From Shigella phage ESH35, in sequence record ON528745: 64,000 nucleotides of DNA; one strand, written 5' to 3'. Shown one piece after another: positions 1-11,884 of the stretch; position 1 is the first letter of the stretch; every line of letters begins with the position of its first letter. The notes under the pieces were generated by a model that worked only from the letters and a program-made list of their open reading frames with translations, did not search any database and was not told the origin of the DNA. Both the position numbers and the translations under genes were made by a program.

Positions 1-1
1 G

Positions 2-475
2 AAGTTATCAGAAAAATATAAATTAAAGGAACTTGCTTTAATCTTTATAAGCAATTTGGTTGCTAACCAAGATGCTTGGATTGGTGACATCTCTGACGCT
101 GATGCACTTGTGTTTTATCGTGAATATATCGGACGCTTAAAACAAATTAAATTTAAGTTTGAAGAAGATATTCGCAATATTTACTATTTTAGTAAAAAAG
201 TTGAAGTTTCTGCTTTTAAAGAAATCTTTGAGTATAATCCAAAAGTTCAATCAAGTTATATTTTTAAACTACTTCAATCGAATATAATTTCGTTTGAGAC
301 GTTTATCTTGCTTGATTCGTTTTTAAATATAATCGATAAACATGATGAACAGACTGATAATTTAGTCTGGAATAATTATTCTATAAAGTTAAAGGCTTAT
401 AGAAAAATTTTAAATATTGATTCACAGAAAGCTAAAAGTGTTTTTATTGAAACTGTGAAATCTTGTAAGTATTAA
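2..475 (+). CDS. 59: Helicase-loading protein gp59, C-terminal part (5' end outside window)
   Basis: Reading frame open to window edge with no upstream stop; product ...KLKELALIFISNLVANQDAW...ETVKSCKY; sits directly upstream of gene 32 as in T-even phages. Confidence 0.8.
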   Translation, partial: KLSEKYKLKELALIFISNLVANQDAWIGDISDADALVFYREYIGRLKQIKFKFEEDIRNIYYFSKKVEVSAFKEIFEYNPKVQSSYIFKLLQSNIISFETFILLDSFLNIIDKHDEQTDNLVWNNYSIKLKAYRKILNIDSQKAKSVFIETVKSCKY

Positions 476-500
476 TTGCTTATTATAAATAGATTATAAT
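476..500 (+). promoter_or_regulatory. Gene 32 promoter cluster: MotA-box-like TTGCTTAT (476-483), late motif TATAAATA (484-491), -10 TATAAT (495-500)
   Basis: Motifs read directly from sequence upstream of gene 32. Confidence 0.5.
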
Positions 501-508
501 TATCTCAC

Positions 509-574
509 TGACCAGCTATGAGGTCATACATCGTCATAGCACCAACTGTTAATTAAATTAAAAAGGAAATAAAA
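509..574 (+). promoter_or_regulatory. Gene 32 autoregulatory translational operator (pseudoknot plus AU-rich gp32 binding site)
   Basis: Stems TGACC/GGTCA and GCTATGA/TCATAGC, then unstructured TTAATTAAATTAAAAAGGAAATAAAAATG. Confidence 0.7.
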
Positions 575-1483
575 ATGTTTAAACGTAAATCTACTGCTGA
601 ACTCGCTGCACAAATGGCTAAACTGGCTGGAAATAAAGGTGGTTTTTCTTCTGAAGATAAAGGCGAGTGGAAACTGAAACTCGACAATGCGGGTAACGGT
701 CAAGCAGTAATTCGTTTTCTTCCGTCTAAAAATGATGAACAAGCACCATTCGCAATTCTTGTAAATCACGGTTTCAAGAAAAATGGTAAATGGTATATCG
801 AAAATTGCTCATCTACCCACGGTGATTACGATTCTTGTCCAGTATGTCAGTACATCAGTAAAAATGATTTGTACAACACTGATAATAAAGAGTACAGTCT
901 TGTTAAACGCAAAACTTCTTACTGGGCTAACATTCTTGTTGTAAAAGACCCAGCTGCTCCAGAAAACGAAGGTAAAGTATTTAAATATCGTTTCGGTAAG
1001 AAAATCTGGGATAAAATCAATGCAATGATTGCAGTTGATGTTGAAATGGGTGAAACTCCAGTTGATGTAACTTGTCCGTGGGAAGGTGCTAACTTTGTAC
1101 TGAAAGTTAAACAGGTTTCTGGATTTAGTAACTACGATGAATCTAAATTCCTGAATCAATCTGCGATTCCAAACATTGACGATGAATCTTTCCAGAAAGA
1201 ACTGTTCGAACAAATGGTTGACCTTTCTGAAATGACTTCTAAAGATAAATTCAAATCGTTTGAAGAACTGAGCACTAAATTCGGTCAAGTTATGGGAACT
1301 GCTGTGATGGGCGGTGCCGCTGCAACTGCTGCTAAGAAAGCTGATAAAGTTGCTGATGATTTGGATGCATTCAATGTTGATGACTTCAATACAAAAACTG
1401 AAGATGATTTTATGAGCTCAAGCTCTGGCAGTTCATCTAGTGCTGATGACACGGACCTGGATGACCTTTTGAATGACCTTTAA
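575..1483 (+). CDS. 32: Single-stranded DNA-binding protein gp32
   Basis: 302-aa product [17 protein letters not shown]...[22 protein letters not shown] with acidic Ser/Asp C-tail and Cys/His zinc site typical of T4 gp32; AU-rich operator upstream. Confidence 0.95.
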   Translation: MFKRKSTAELAAQMAKLAGNKGGFSSEDKGEWKLKLDNAGNGQAVIRFLPSKNDEQAPFAILVNHGFKKNGKWYIENCSSTHGDYDSCPVCQYISKNDLYNTDNKEYSLVKRKTSYWANILVVKDPAAPENEGKVFKYRFGKKIWDKINAMIAVDVEMGETPVDVTCPWEGANFVLKVKQVSGFSNYDESKFLNQSAIPNIDDESFQKELFEQMVDLSEMTSKDKFKSFEELSTKFGQVMGTAVMGGAAATAAKKADKVADDLDAFNVDDFNTKTEDDFMSSSSGSSSSADDTDLDDLLNDL

Positions 1484-1505
1484 TAGATTATATTACTAAT
1501 TAATT

Positions 1506-1531
1506 GGGGACCCTAGAGGTCCCCTTTTTTA
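1506..1531 (+). terminator. Rho-independent terminator after gene 32
   Basis: GGGGACC-CTAGA-GGTCCCC followed by TTTTTT. Confidence 0.75.
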
Positions 1532-1556
1532 TTTCAAAAAATTTTTTCACAAAACG

Positions 1557-1586
1557 GTTTACATCCTTGTCCTTCCATGGTACTAT
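1557..1586 (+). promoter_or_regulatory. T4 early-type sigma70 promoter
   Basis: GTTTACA -35, 17-nt spacer, TACTAT -10. Confidence 0.6.
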
Positions 1587-1629
1587 ACAACTATCGGCAA
1601 TACTGCTGATGATCAAAGAGGAAAATAAT

Positions 1630-1860
1630 ATGGCTAAAGTTGATATTGACATCGTTGATTTTGAATATATTGAAGAGATTATTCGTAATCGTTATCCTGA
1701 ACTTAGTATCACAAGTATTCATGATGATCCCAATTATTGCAATTTTTCTATTGTCATTGAAGGTCCTCTTGAAGACCTTACCCGCTTTATGGCTAATGAA
1801 TATTGCGATGGCATGGATTCTGAAGACGCAGAATTTTACATGGGACTGATTGAACAATAA
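1630..1860 (+). CDS. Hypothetical small protein (76 aa)
   Basis: ATG at 1630 preceded by AGAGGA; the longer ORF-track start at 1504 would span a terminator and promoter. Confidence 0.55.
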   Translation: MAKVDIDIVDFEYIEEIIRNRYPELSITSIHDDPNYCNFSIVIEGPLEDLTRFMANEYCDGMDSEDAEFYMGLIEQ

Positions 1861-1906
1861 TTATCAAGGGGCTATTTGATAGCCCCGTTAAAATGAGGAA
1901 ATCAAA

Positions 1907-2293
1907 GTGGAAGTTGGAAAAACTTATATCATTAACCCTTTATTTAAAAATGACTTTGCTAACGAGTGCCGTTGCAATGTAATGATGCTAAATTTAATAG
2001 AGAAGCACGGACCTAGTTTTGTTGTAGATGAAATGGAAAGTGATGATTGTGCTGGTGAATGTGTGGTACGTGTAACTATGGAAGATGGTACTGAATACAT
2101 GGCGGGTGGCCCACTTGAGACGTATTTTGAGATTTACTCTGAAGAATTCAAATACTTTACTGAGGTAACTTTAGAAAAGCCTCAATCCGCTAATGAAGGT
2201 ATAGTTTCTGGCGTAACAAAAATTCACTGCATTGTTGACGAAAACAATGTAGATGAAATCATTGAACTTTTGCGAAAAACTTTCAAAAAGTAG
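1907..2293 (+). CDS. Hypothetical protein (128 aa), paralog of the 2352-2726 ORF
   Basis: GTG start 6 nt after GAGGA; shares GKxY...HGxSFxVxxM...DGT...YFE pattern with the next ORF. Confidence 0.55.
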   Translation: MEVGKTYIINPLFKNDFANECRCNVMMLNLIEKHGPSFVVDEMESDDCAGECVVRVTMEDGTEYMAGGPLETYFEIYSEEFKYFTEVTLEKPQSANEGIVSGVTKIHCIVDENNVDEIIELLRKTFKK

Positions 2294-2322
2294 TTTACAA
2301 CGGGCTATGGTAATGATACTAT
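2293..2322 (+). promoter_or_regulatory. T4 early-type sigma70 promoter
   Basis: GTTTACA, 17-nt spacer, TACTAT; spacer contains inverted repeat GGCTAT...ATAGCC. Confidence 0.6.
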
Positions 2323-2351
2323 AGCCTTATCAACTACATGAGGAAATTAAA

Positions 2352-2726
2352 ATGATGGAAACTGGTAAATTTTACGTATTAGACCCTGCTGCAAAAAAAC
2401 GATTCATCGCTGGTAATCCTGATGCTAATTCGTGCATGGTCAAGTTGATGGAACAACATGGCAGTTCCTTCAAAGTCCTGGATATGTGTTATATTGAAGG
2501 TGATTATTTTGTTGAAAAAGTTGAAATGAAAGATGGCACCATCCTGAATAGTATGAGTGATGATGAGTACTTTGAACTCGCTGAATGGGAATTCTGTCAC
2601 TTCCTGGAAGTTGATAGCGATGCTTCTGATGATGTTGATGATACTCAAACCATTCATGTACAGGTAAATCATAAAAATGCGGCAGAAGTCATTGCACTGA
2701 TTAAAGCAACTTTTGATATTCAGTAA
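2352..2726 (+). CDS. Hypothetical protein (124 aa), paralog of the 1907-2293 ORF
   Basis: ATG after GAGGA; own early-type promoter upstream; acidic C-terminal half. Confidence 0.6.
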   Translation: MMETGKFYVLDPAAKKRFIAGNPDANSCMVKLMEQHGSSFKVLDMCYIEGDYFVEKVEMKDGTILNSMSDDEYFELAEWEFCHFLEVDSDASDDVDDTQTIHVQVNHKNAAEVIALIKATFDIQ

Positions 2727-2732
2727 AAAGTA

Positions 2733-2762
2733 GTGTACAACTAAATGGGGCTATGATATAAT
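2733..2762 (+). promoter_or_regulatory. T4 early-type sigma70 promoter
   Basis: GTGTACA, 17-nt spacer, TATAAT. Confidence 0.6.
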
Positions 2763-2799
2763 GGTCCCATACTGAGTTACCAAATAACTGGAGAATAAA

Positions 2800-3042
2800 A
2801 TGAGATTACAACGTCAGAGCATCAAAGATTCAGAAGTTAGAGGTAAATGGTATTTTAATATCATCGGTAAAGATTCTGAGCTCGTTGAAAAAGCTGAACA
2901 TCTTTTACGTGATATGGGGTGGGAAGATGAATGCGATGGATGTCCTCTTTATGAAGATGGAGAAAGCGCAGGATTCTGGATTTATCATTCTGACGTCGAT
3001 CAGTTTAAAACTGATTGGAAAATTGTGAAAAAGTCTGTTTGA
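2800..3042 (+). CDS. Hypothetical small protein (80 aa)
   Basis: ORF with RBS GGAG upstream; downstream of an early-type promoter. Confidence 0.55.
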   Translation: MRLQRQSIKDSEVRGKWYFNIIGKDSELVEKAEHLLRDMGWEDECDGCPLYEDGESAGFWIYHSDVDQFKTDWKIVKKSV

Positions 3043-3052
3043 GGAAAATATT

Positions 3053-3408
3053 ATGTCTGACATTCGTGTAGCTGGAATTGCTCGAGTAAGTATTCGTTGC
3101 CAACTTAAAACTGCGCCCGGGACGGCTTATATTAATTTATCACACGACCTATGTTCTAGTGAAAGACCATTAACTGGTGTAATTACGTTTTACGCTGGAG
3201 TTGGCGGAAACGAATTTACTGTAGGCGAATTTGTTGGTTGTAAATTAAAAGTTCAGAAGAATGTGTTAGAACTTTTTAGCGATCTTTATGGTGATAGTGA
3301 TGAAGTTTTTGATGAAATCGCGCAAGCAGTTAACAGAGGAATGGTAACTTTAGTTAAAATGATTAAAGATAGCGGATTTGCTTCTGGCCCCTTTCAGTGG
3401 GAGGTAAT

Positions 3409-3412
<4 letters not shown>
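3053..3412 (+). CDS. Hypothetical protein (119 aa)
   Basis: ORF tightly packed after the previous gene with GAGGA RBS. Confidence 0.55.
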
Positions 3413-4235
<823 letters not shown>

Positions 4236-4254
4236 AATAACGCGCGGCGGAAAT

Positions 4255-4602
4255 ATGAATTTTAATTATTACCCTATTCTATTAGAAAAAGATGAGAAAC
4301 AGCCAAAGTGGCAGGGTCCTCAGTTTATTAAAGGTGTCTATCAATTAGTAGTTCCTAAAGACAAGATTTATAGCAGTTGTTTCACTGAATCCGCTTGTAG
4401 TATTTTCGGTAATAGTTCTCCGTATTGGAATTTTGACATAAAGCTGGATAGAAATATCGATATTTGGTTGAAAGCTATGGATATTGGTAATATCACGTTT
4501 GATGAGAATAATTATCATATTATTGGTCGCTTTTCCAAACGCGGTAAAGAATTATATTTCACGCCTGAAATTGAGAGAAAATTTGATGCTAAACCGTATT
4601 GA
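4255..4602 (+). CDS. Hypothetical protein (115 aa) in an insertion between frd and td
   Basis: ORF with upstream GGCGGAAAT-ATG; no family recognised; lies inside a 416-bp segment flanked by duplicated TAAATGAAA. Confidence 0.55.
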   Translation: MNFNYYPILLEKDEKQPKWQGPQFIKGVYQLVVPKDKIYSSCFTESACSIFGNSSPYWNFDIKLDRNIDIWLKAMDIGNITFDENNYHIIGRFSKRGKELYFTPEIERKFDAKPY

Positions 4603-4647
4603 TTATTTAGCTTCATAAAATGTATTATAATTTATATAAGGTACTAA

Positions 4648-5508
4648 ATGAAACAATACCAAGATTTAATTAAAGACATTTTTGAAAATGGCTATGAAAC
4701 CGATGACCGAACGGGCACAGGAACAATTGCTTTGTTCGGTACTAAATTGCGTTGGGATTTAACCAAAGGTTTTCCTGCAGTAACAACTAAAAAGCTCGCC
4801 TGGAATGCATGCATTGCTGAGCTAATATGGTTTTTATCAGGAAGCACAAATGTCAATGATTTGCGATTAATTCAACATGATTCATTAATTCAAGGCAAAA
4901 CAGTCTGGGATGAAAATTACGAAAATCAAGCAAAAGATTTAGGATACCATAGCGGTGAACTTGGTCCAATTTATGGAAAACAGTGGCGTGATTTTGGCGG
5001 TGTAGATCAAATTATAGAAGTTATTGATCGTATTAAAAAACTGCCAAATGATAGGCGTCAAATTGTTTCTGCGTGGAATCCAGCTGAACTTAAATATATG
5101 GCATTACCGCCTTGTCATATGTTCTATCAGTTTAATGTGCGTAATGGATACCTTGACCTTCAGTGGTATCAACGTTCGGTAGATGTTTTCCTCGGTCTTC
5201 CATTTAATATTGCATCATATGCTACGTTAGTTCATATTGTAGCTAAGATGTGTAATCTTATTCCGGGAGATTTGATATTTTCTGGTGGTAATACTCATAT
5301 CTATATGAATCACGTAGAACAATGTAAAGAAATTTTATGTCGTGAACCTATGGATTTATGCGAATTACAATTAAAATTTCCAGATGAATTTGATGAATGG
5401 GACACAGAATCGCAGGTATTTTGGTTGAGTCAATTTGCAAAGCCTCATAATTTTGTTCTTAACAACTATGAATCACATCCTCCTATTAAAGGAAAGATGG
5501 CGGTGTAA
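4648..5508 (+). CDS. td: Thymidylate synthase, uninterrupted (no group I intron)
   Basis: 286-aa continuous [29 protein letters not shown]...[11 protein letters not shown]...PIKGKMAV; TS active-site Cys motif present. Confidence 0.95.
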   Translation: MKQYQDLIKDIFENGYETDDRTGTGTIALFGTKLRWDLTKGFPAVTTKKLAWNACIAELIWFLSGSTNVNDLRLIQHDSLIQGKTVWDENYENQAKDLGYHSGELGPIYGKQWRDFGGVDQIIEVIDRIKKLPNDRRQIVSAWNPAELKYMALPPCHMFYQFNVRNGYLDLQWYQRSVDVFLGLPFNIASYATLVHIVAKMCNLIPGDLIFSGGNTHIYMNHVEQCKEILCREPMDLCELQLKFPDEFDEWDTESQVFWLSQFAKPHNFVLNNYESHPPIKGKMAV

Positions 5509-5528
5509 TTTTATTATTGCGAGGATAT

Positions 5529-5792
5529 ATGATTTTACGATTTAAAGATACTTCTGGTGTAGTTCTTTTTACACTTCCTAATCCAAGTGAGTTAGAAGTT
5601 CCAGGACCAAATCAGCCTATTATCATTTATGGTAAAAAGTATTATACTCATAAAATGACTCGTGAGTATTTTGATAATAAAATTTCCACAGTTAAAACTT
5701 CTTCTGATTGCTACTATGATATTACTGTTTTAACGGAACAACAATATGAAGAATTATTACCGCGCGGGCCGTCTATGCCAGGTAGTGAATAA
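5529..5792 (+). CDS. Hypothetical small protein (87 aa; start uncertain, TTG at 5517 possible)
   Basis: ATG at 5529 after GAGGA; overlaps the next ORF. Confidence 0.45.
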   Translation: MILRFKDTSGVVLFTLPNPSELEVPGPNQPIIIYGKKYYTHKMTREYFDNKISTVKTSSDCYYDITVLTEQQYEELLPRGPSMPGSE

Positions 5793-6072
5793 ATATAAAT
5801 CCGACTTTGATGTTAATATTCACCGCGGTACATTTTGGGGAAATTACGTCGGTAAAGATGCTGGCAGCCGGGAGGCTGCCATTGAATTATTCAAAAAAGA
5901 TTTTATACGTCGAATTAAATCCGGAGAAATAACTAAAGCACATTTAGAGCCTTTACGTGGAATGAGGCTAGGATGCACATGTAAACCAAAGCCGTGTCAT
6001 GGTGATATAATAGCTCATATAGTTAACCGATTGTTTAAAGACGATTTTCAAGTTGAGGACTTATGCAATTAA
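5746..6072 (+). CDS. Hypothetical protein with DUF4326-like Cys/His motif (108 aa)
   Basis: Product contains ...[22 protein letters not shown]... resembling the CxC...CHGD signature of DUF4326 proteins (recalled from memory); stop overlaps the nrdA start. Confidence 0.5.
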   Translation: MKNYYRAGRLCQVVNKYKSDFDVNIHRGTFWGNYVGKDAGSREAAIELFKKDFIRRIKSGEITKAHLEPLRGMRLGCTCKPKPCHGDIIAHIVNRLFKDDFQVEDLCN

Positions 6073-8327
6073 TTAATGTTATCAAAAGTAGTGGTGTTTC
6101 TCAGAGCTTTGACCCGCAAAAAATTATTAAAGTTTTATCTTGGGCAGCCGAAGGAACATCTGTAGATCCTTATGAATTATATGAAAATATTAAATCATAT
6201 CTCCGTGATGGAATGACCACTGATGACATTCAAACCATTGTAATTAAGGCTGCTGCGAATTCTATTTCAGTTGAAGAGCCTGATTATCAATACGTAGCCG
6301 CTCGCTGTTTAATGTTTGCTCTTCGTAAGCATGTTTACGGACAATATGAACCACGTTCATTTATTGACCATATTTCTTACTGTGTAAATGAAGGTAAATA
6401 TGACCCTGAACTGCTGTCAAAATATTCAGCAGAAGAAATTACATTTTTAGAATCAAAAATTAAGCACGAGCGGGATATGGAATTTACTTATTCCGGTGCG
6501 ATGCAATTAAAAGAAAAATATCTAGTTAAAGATAAAACCACTGGTCAAATTTATGAAACTCCGCAGTTTGCATTTATGACTATTGGAATGGCACTGCATC
6601 AAGATGAACCTGTTGATAGATTAAAACATGTTATTCGTTTTTATGAAGCAGTATCTACTCGACAGATTTCATTACCAACTCCTATTATGGCTGGTTGTCG
6701 TACTCCGACTCGACAGTTTAGTTCATGTGTTGTTATTGAGGCAGGTGATTCGCTGAAGTCTATTAATAAGGCTTCAGCTTCAATTGTTGAATATATCTCT
6801 AAACGCGCTGGAATTGGTATTAACGTTGGTATGATTCGTGCCGAAGGTTCTAAGATTGGCATGGGTGAAGTCCGCCATACTGGTGTTATTCCTTTTTGGA
6901 AACATTTTCAGACTGCTGTTAAATCATGCTCACAGGGTGGAATTCGTGGCGGCGCTGCTACTGCTTATTATCCTATTTGGCATTTGGAAGTTGAAAATCT
7001 TCTCGTTCTAAAAAATAACAAAGGTGTTGAAGAAAACCGTATTCGTCATATGGATTATGGTGTTCAGCTGAATGATTTGATGATGGAACGATTCGGAAAG
7101 AACGATTACATTACTTTGTTCAGTCCGCATGAAATGGGTGGCGAGCTTTATTATTCTTATTTTAAAGACCAAGACCGTTTCCGTGAATTATACGAAGCAG
7201 CAGAAAAAGACCCTAATATTCGTAAAAAACGTATTAAAGCCCGTGAACTATTTGAATTGCTCATGACTGAACGTTCAGGAACAGCAAGGATTTATGTACA
7301 GTTCATTGATAATACGAATAACTATACTCCGTTTATTCGTGAAAAAGCACCTATTCGTCAGAGTAACTTGTGCTGTGAAATTGCTATTCCAACAAATGAT
7401 GTGAATAGCCCCGATGCTGAAATTGGATTGTGTACTCTCTCTGCATTCGTACTGGATAATTTTGACTGGCAAGACCAAGATAAAATTAATGAATTGGCAG
7501 AAGTCCAAGTTCGTGCTCTTGATAATCTTTTGGATTACCAAGGATATCCAGTTCCTGAAGCAGAAAAAGCTAAAAAGCGTCGTAACCTCGGTGTAGGTGT
7601 TACCAACTATGCAGCTTGGCTGGCAAGTAACTTTGCTTCTTATGAAGATGCTAACGATTTAACACATGAACTATTTGAGAGATTACAGTATGGACTCATT
7701 AAAGCATCCATTAAGCTCGCCAAAGAAAAAGGACCTTGCGAATATTATTCAGACACTCGTTGGTCTCGAGGCGAATTACCTATCGACTGGTACAATAAAA
7801 AGATTGACCAAATCGCAGCTCCAAAATACGTTTGTGACTGGTCGTCGCTGCGGGAAGACCTTAAGCTCTTTGGCATCCGTAATAGCACATTATCAGCACT
7901 TATGCCATGTGAGTCATCTTCCCAAGTTTCTAACAGTACAAACGGTATCGAGCCTCCACGTGGACCAGTCTCTGTTAAAGAATCAAAAGAGGGCTCCTTT
8001 AATCAAGTCGTGCCCAATATTGAGCATAACATAGACCTCTATGATTATACATGGAAATTAGCTAAGAAAGGTAATAAACCTTATCTCACGCAGGTAGCTA
8101 TTATGCTGAAATGGGTTTGTCAATCAGCTTCGGCGAATACATATTATGACCCGCAGATTTTTCCAAAAGGAAAGGTTCCAATGTCAATAATGATTGATGA
8201 CATGCTATACGGATGGTATTATGGCATTAAAAACTTCTATTATCATAATACTCGTGATGGTTCCGGTACTGATGATTACGAAATAGAAACTCCAAAAGCC
8301 GATGATTGCGCAGCGTGTAAATTGTAA
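6063..8327 (+). CDS. nrdA: Aerobic ribonucleotide reductase large subunit
   Basis: 754-aa product with ATP-cone N-terminus and class I RNR catalytic core (NLCCEI, C-terminal CAACKL); T4 NrdA length. Confidence 0.95.
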   Translation: MQLINVIKSSGVSQSFDPQKIIKVLSWAAEGTSVDPYELYENIKSYLRDGMTTDDIQTIVIKAAANSISVEEPDYQYVAARCLMFALRKHVYGQYEPRSFIDHISYCVNEGKYDPELLSKYSAEEITFLESKIKHERDMEFTYSGAMQLKEKYLVKDKTTGQIYETPQFAFMTIGMALHQDEPVDRLKHVIRFYEAVSTRQISLPTPIMAGCRTPTRQFSSCVVIEAGDSLKSINKASASIVEYISKRAGIGINVGMIRAEGSKIGMGEVRHTGVIPFWKHFQTAVKSCSQGGIRGGAATAYYPIWHLEVENLLVLKNNKGVEENRIRHMDYGVQLNDLMMERFGKNDYITLFSPHEMGGELYYSYFKDQDRFRELYEAAEKDPNIRKKRIKARELFELLMTERSGTARIYVQFIDNTNNYTPFIREKAPIRQSNLCCEIAIPTNDVNSPDAEIGLCTLSAFVLDNFDWQDQDKINELAEVQVRALDNLLDYQGYPVPEAEKAKKRRNLGVGVTNYAAWLASNFASYEDANDLTHELFERLQYGLIKASIKLAKEKGPCEYYSDTRWSRGELPIDWYNKKIDQIAAPKYVCDWSSLREDLKLFGIRNSTLSALMPCESSSQVSNSTNGIEPPRGPVSVKESKEGSFNQVVPNIEHNIDLYDYTWKLAKKGNKPYLTQVAIMLKWVCQSASANTYYDPQIFPKGKVPMSIMIDDMLYGWYYGIKNFYYHNTRDGSGTDDYEIETPKADDCAACKL

Positions 8328-9058
8328 TGAATTATCAAAAAATCTATAATGACCTAATTTCCCGAGCTCAGGCTCGGGAATCTTTATCAGAATATAAAGA
8401 GACACATCATATAATCCCTAGATGTATGGGAGGTTCTGATGATAAGGAAAATTTAGTTGAATTAACAGCCAGAGAACATTTTATAGCTCATTTACTACTA
8501 TGTAAGATAAATGAAGGCCATTTTGGGCTTGCTTCTGCGTTAACGTTAATGGCAACAGATAAAGCTGGCAATAGAATTAATAACAGATTGTACAGCTTAC
8601 ACAGAAAATTATTTGCTAAAGCTAATTCTGAGTTCTTTAAGAAATATTGGAAAAATAATCCTCATCCTAAAGGAATGTTAGGCAAGCACCATAAAAACGA
8701 AACTAAACAGCATGTATCAAACGTGAATAGATATGCATGCCCATCTATAGAAATACATAAATTCTCATTAGATGGGGATTTCATAGAAACCTTTCACTCT
8801 ATTGCGGCAGCGTCCCGGTCAGTTAATGGAAACGGGTCAAATATCAAATATTGTGCCGAGGGTAAATTTCAATATGCTTATGGATTTAGATGGTCATATC
8901 AACTTGATGCAAAGTTTGACAAAATAAAACCAAGAGATTATAAAGGAATCCGCGGTAAGAAATGGATTAATAATGGAAGTGAATGCACGCTTATAGGTAA
9001 AGATGATATTATACCGCCAGGTTGGAAACACGGCAGAATTTTAAAGAGGAAAAATTAA
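8327..9058 (+). CDS. mobE: Freestanding HNH homing endonuclease (MobE-like)
   Basis: HNH motif ...THHIIPRCMGGSDDKENLVELTAREH... plus C-terminal IPPGWKHG module; inserted between nrdA and nrdB with ATGA/TAATG overlaps. Confidence 0.8.
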   Translation: MNYQKIYNDLISRAQARESLSEYKETHHIIPRCMGGSDDKENLVELTAREHFIAHLLLCKINEGHFGLASALTLMATDKAGNRINNRLYSLHRKLFAKANSEFFKKYWKNNPHPKGMLGKHHKNETKQHVSNVNRYACPSIEIHKFSLDGDFIETFHSIAAASRSVNGNGSNIKYCAEGKFQYAYGFRWSYQLDAKFDKIKPRDYKGIRGKKWINNGSECTLIGKDDIIPPGWKHGRILKRKN

Positions 9059-10236
9059 TGTCTACAGTTTTTAATACAAATCCAGTTGATGTTTTAAAAG
9101 AACCTATGTTCTTCGGTTCAGGTCTTGGTATTGCGCGTTACGATATTCAACGTCATAAAGTTTTTGAAGATTTAACTGAAAAGCAGTTGTCATTTTTCTG
9201 GCGTCCTGAAGAAGTAAACTTGATGATGGATGCTGCACAATTTAACAAGCTTCCTCAGTATCAGCAAGATATTTTTACTAATAACCTGAAGTATCAATCA
9301 CTTCTAGATAGCATTCAGGGTCGTGCACCGTCTGCAGTACTTATGTCATTAATTTCAGATCCAAGTCTTGATACATGGGTTGCTACATGGACTTTTAGTG
9401 AAACTATTCACAGCCGTTCATATACTCATATCATGCGAAATCTTTATACTGATCCATCAAAGGTATTTGATGAGATTGTATTAGATGAAGATATTATGAA
9501 ACGTGCTGAGTCCATTGGTCGCTATTACGATGATGTTCTTAAAAAGACCCGTGAATGGGAAAATGCTAAAGAATTTGTAGAACTAGCTAAAGAATCTCCT
9601 GATGCTGATTTTCGTTTAAATCGAGCTATTAAACAAGAAGCCGAAGCTAAACGAGCACTAATGAAATCTCTTTATCTTTGCCTCCATGTAATCAATGCAT
9701 TGGAAGCTATTCGTTTTTACGTATCTTTCGCATGTACCTTTAACTTCCATAAGAACATGGAAATCATGGAAGGTAATGCTAAGATTATGAAGTTCATTGC
9801 GCGTGATGAGCAACTTCATCTTAAAGGCACTCAATATATTATTCGTCAACTTCAACTTGGCACTGACGGTGATGAATGGGTTAAAATTGCTCAAGAGTGT
9901 GAACAAGAAGCAGTTGATATTTTCATGGAAGTTAACCGTCAAGAAAAAGACTGGGCAGTTCATTTATTTAAAGATGGCGATGTTCCCGGATTAAATACAA
10001 ATAGCATGTGGAGCTTTATTGATTACTTAACTGTATCTCGTATGAAACAGTGTGGTCTTCCATGCCCAATTACCGATGCTCCGGTTAAACATCCATATCC
10101 TTGGATTCGTGAATACCTTAATTCTGATAATGTTCAATCCGCGCCACAAGAAGTAGAACTGTCATCTTACCTTGTAGCACAGATTGATAATGATGTTGAT
10201 GATAAAGTTATGATGAGTTTTAAAAAATATTTTTAA
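9058..10236 (+). CDS. nrdB: Aerobic ribonucleotide reductase small subunit, uninterrupted
   Basis: 392-aa product from ATG at 9058 (AGAGGA RBS); di-iron/tyrosyl radical RNR R2 family; no intron. Confidence 0.9.
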   Translation: MSTVFNTNPVDVLKEPMFFGSGLGIARYDIQRHKVFEDLTEKQLSFFWRPEEVNLMMDAAQFNKLPQYQQDIFTNNLKYQSLLDSIQGRAPSAVLMSLISDPSLDTWVATWTFSETIHSRSYTHIMRNLYTDPSKVFDEIVLDEDIMKRAESIGRYYDDVLKKTREWENAKEFVELAKESPDADFRLNRAIKQEAEAKRALMKSLYLCLHVINALEAIRFYVSFACTFNFHKNMEIMEGNAKIMKFIARDEQLHLKGTQYIIRQLQLGTDGDEWVKIAQECEQEAVDIFMEVNRQEKDWAVHLFKDGDVPGLNTNSMWSFIDYLTVSRMKQCGLPCPITDAPVKHPYPWIREYLNSDNVQSAPQEVELSSYLVAQIDNDVDDKVMMSFKKYF

Positions 10237-10241
10237 GGAGT

Positions 10242-10263
10242 GGGCCGCAAGGCCCATTTTATT
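10242..10263 (+). terminator. Hairpin / probable terminator between nrdB and denA
   Basis: GGGCC-GCAA-GGCCC (GNRA-type loop) followed by ATTTTATT, abutting the denA start. Confidence 0.5.
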
Positions 10264-11851
<1,588 letters not shown>

Positions 11852-11854
11852 GTT

Positions 11855-11884
11855 GTTTACAAGTCCCTCGTGTTGTGTTATAGT
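11855..11884 (+). promoter_or_regulatory. T4 early-type promoter upstream of alc
   Basis: GTTTACA, 17-nt spacer, TATAGT. Confidence 0.6.

Noticed and set aside
1504-1860. Long version of the first small ORF after gene 32 (ORF-track start at 1504)
   Set aside because: The upstream part spans the gene 32 terminator hairpin and an early promoter; ATG 1630 with AGAGGA RBS is the plausible start.
1868-1886. Hairpin GGGGCTAT-TTG-ATAGCCCC before the 1907 ORF as a terminator
   Set aside because: Not followed by a T-run (GTTAAAATG follows); more likely an RNA processing or stability element or part of the leader.
4607-4631. Possible MotA middle promoter for td (TTAGCTTCA ... TATAAT)
   Set aside because: MotA box has a mismatch in the TGCTT core and spacing to the -10 is about 10 nt rather than 12-13; too weak to call.
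7666-8034. 122-aa + strand ORF inside nrdA (and minus-strand ORFs 6641-6862, 7275-7541)
   Set aside because: Embedded in the conserved nrdA frame; no translation signals; spurious.
9022-9057. Upstream start for nrdB (METRQNFKEEKL...)
   Set aside because: Would overlap the HNH gene by 36 nt; ATG 9058 has a good RBS and gives the R2 N-terminus MSTVFNTNPVD.
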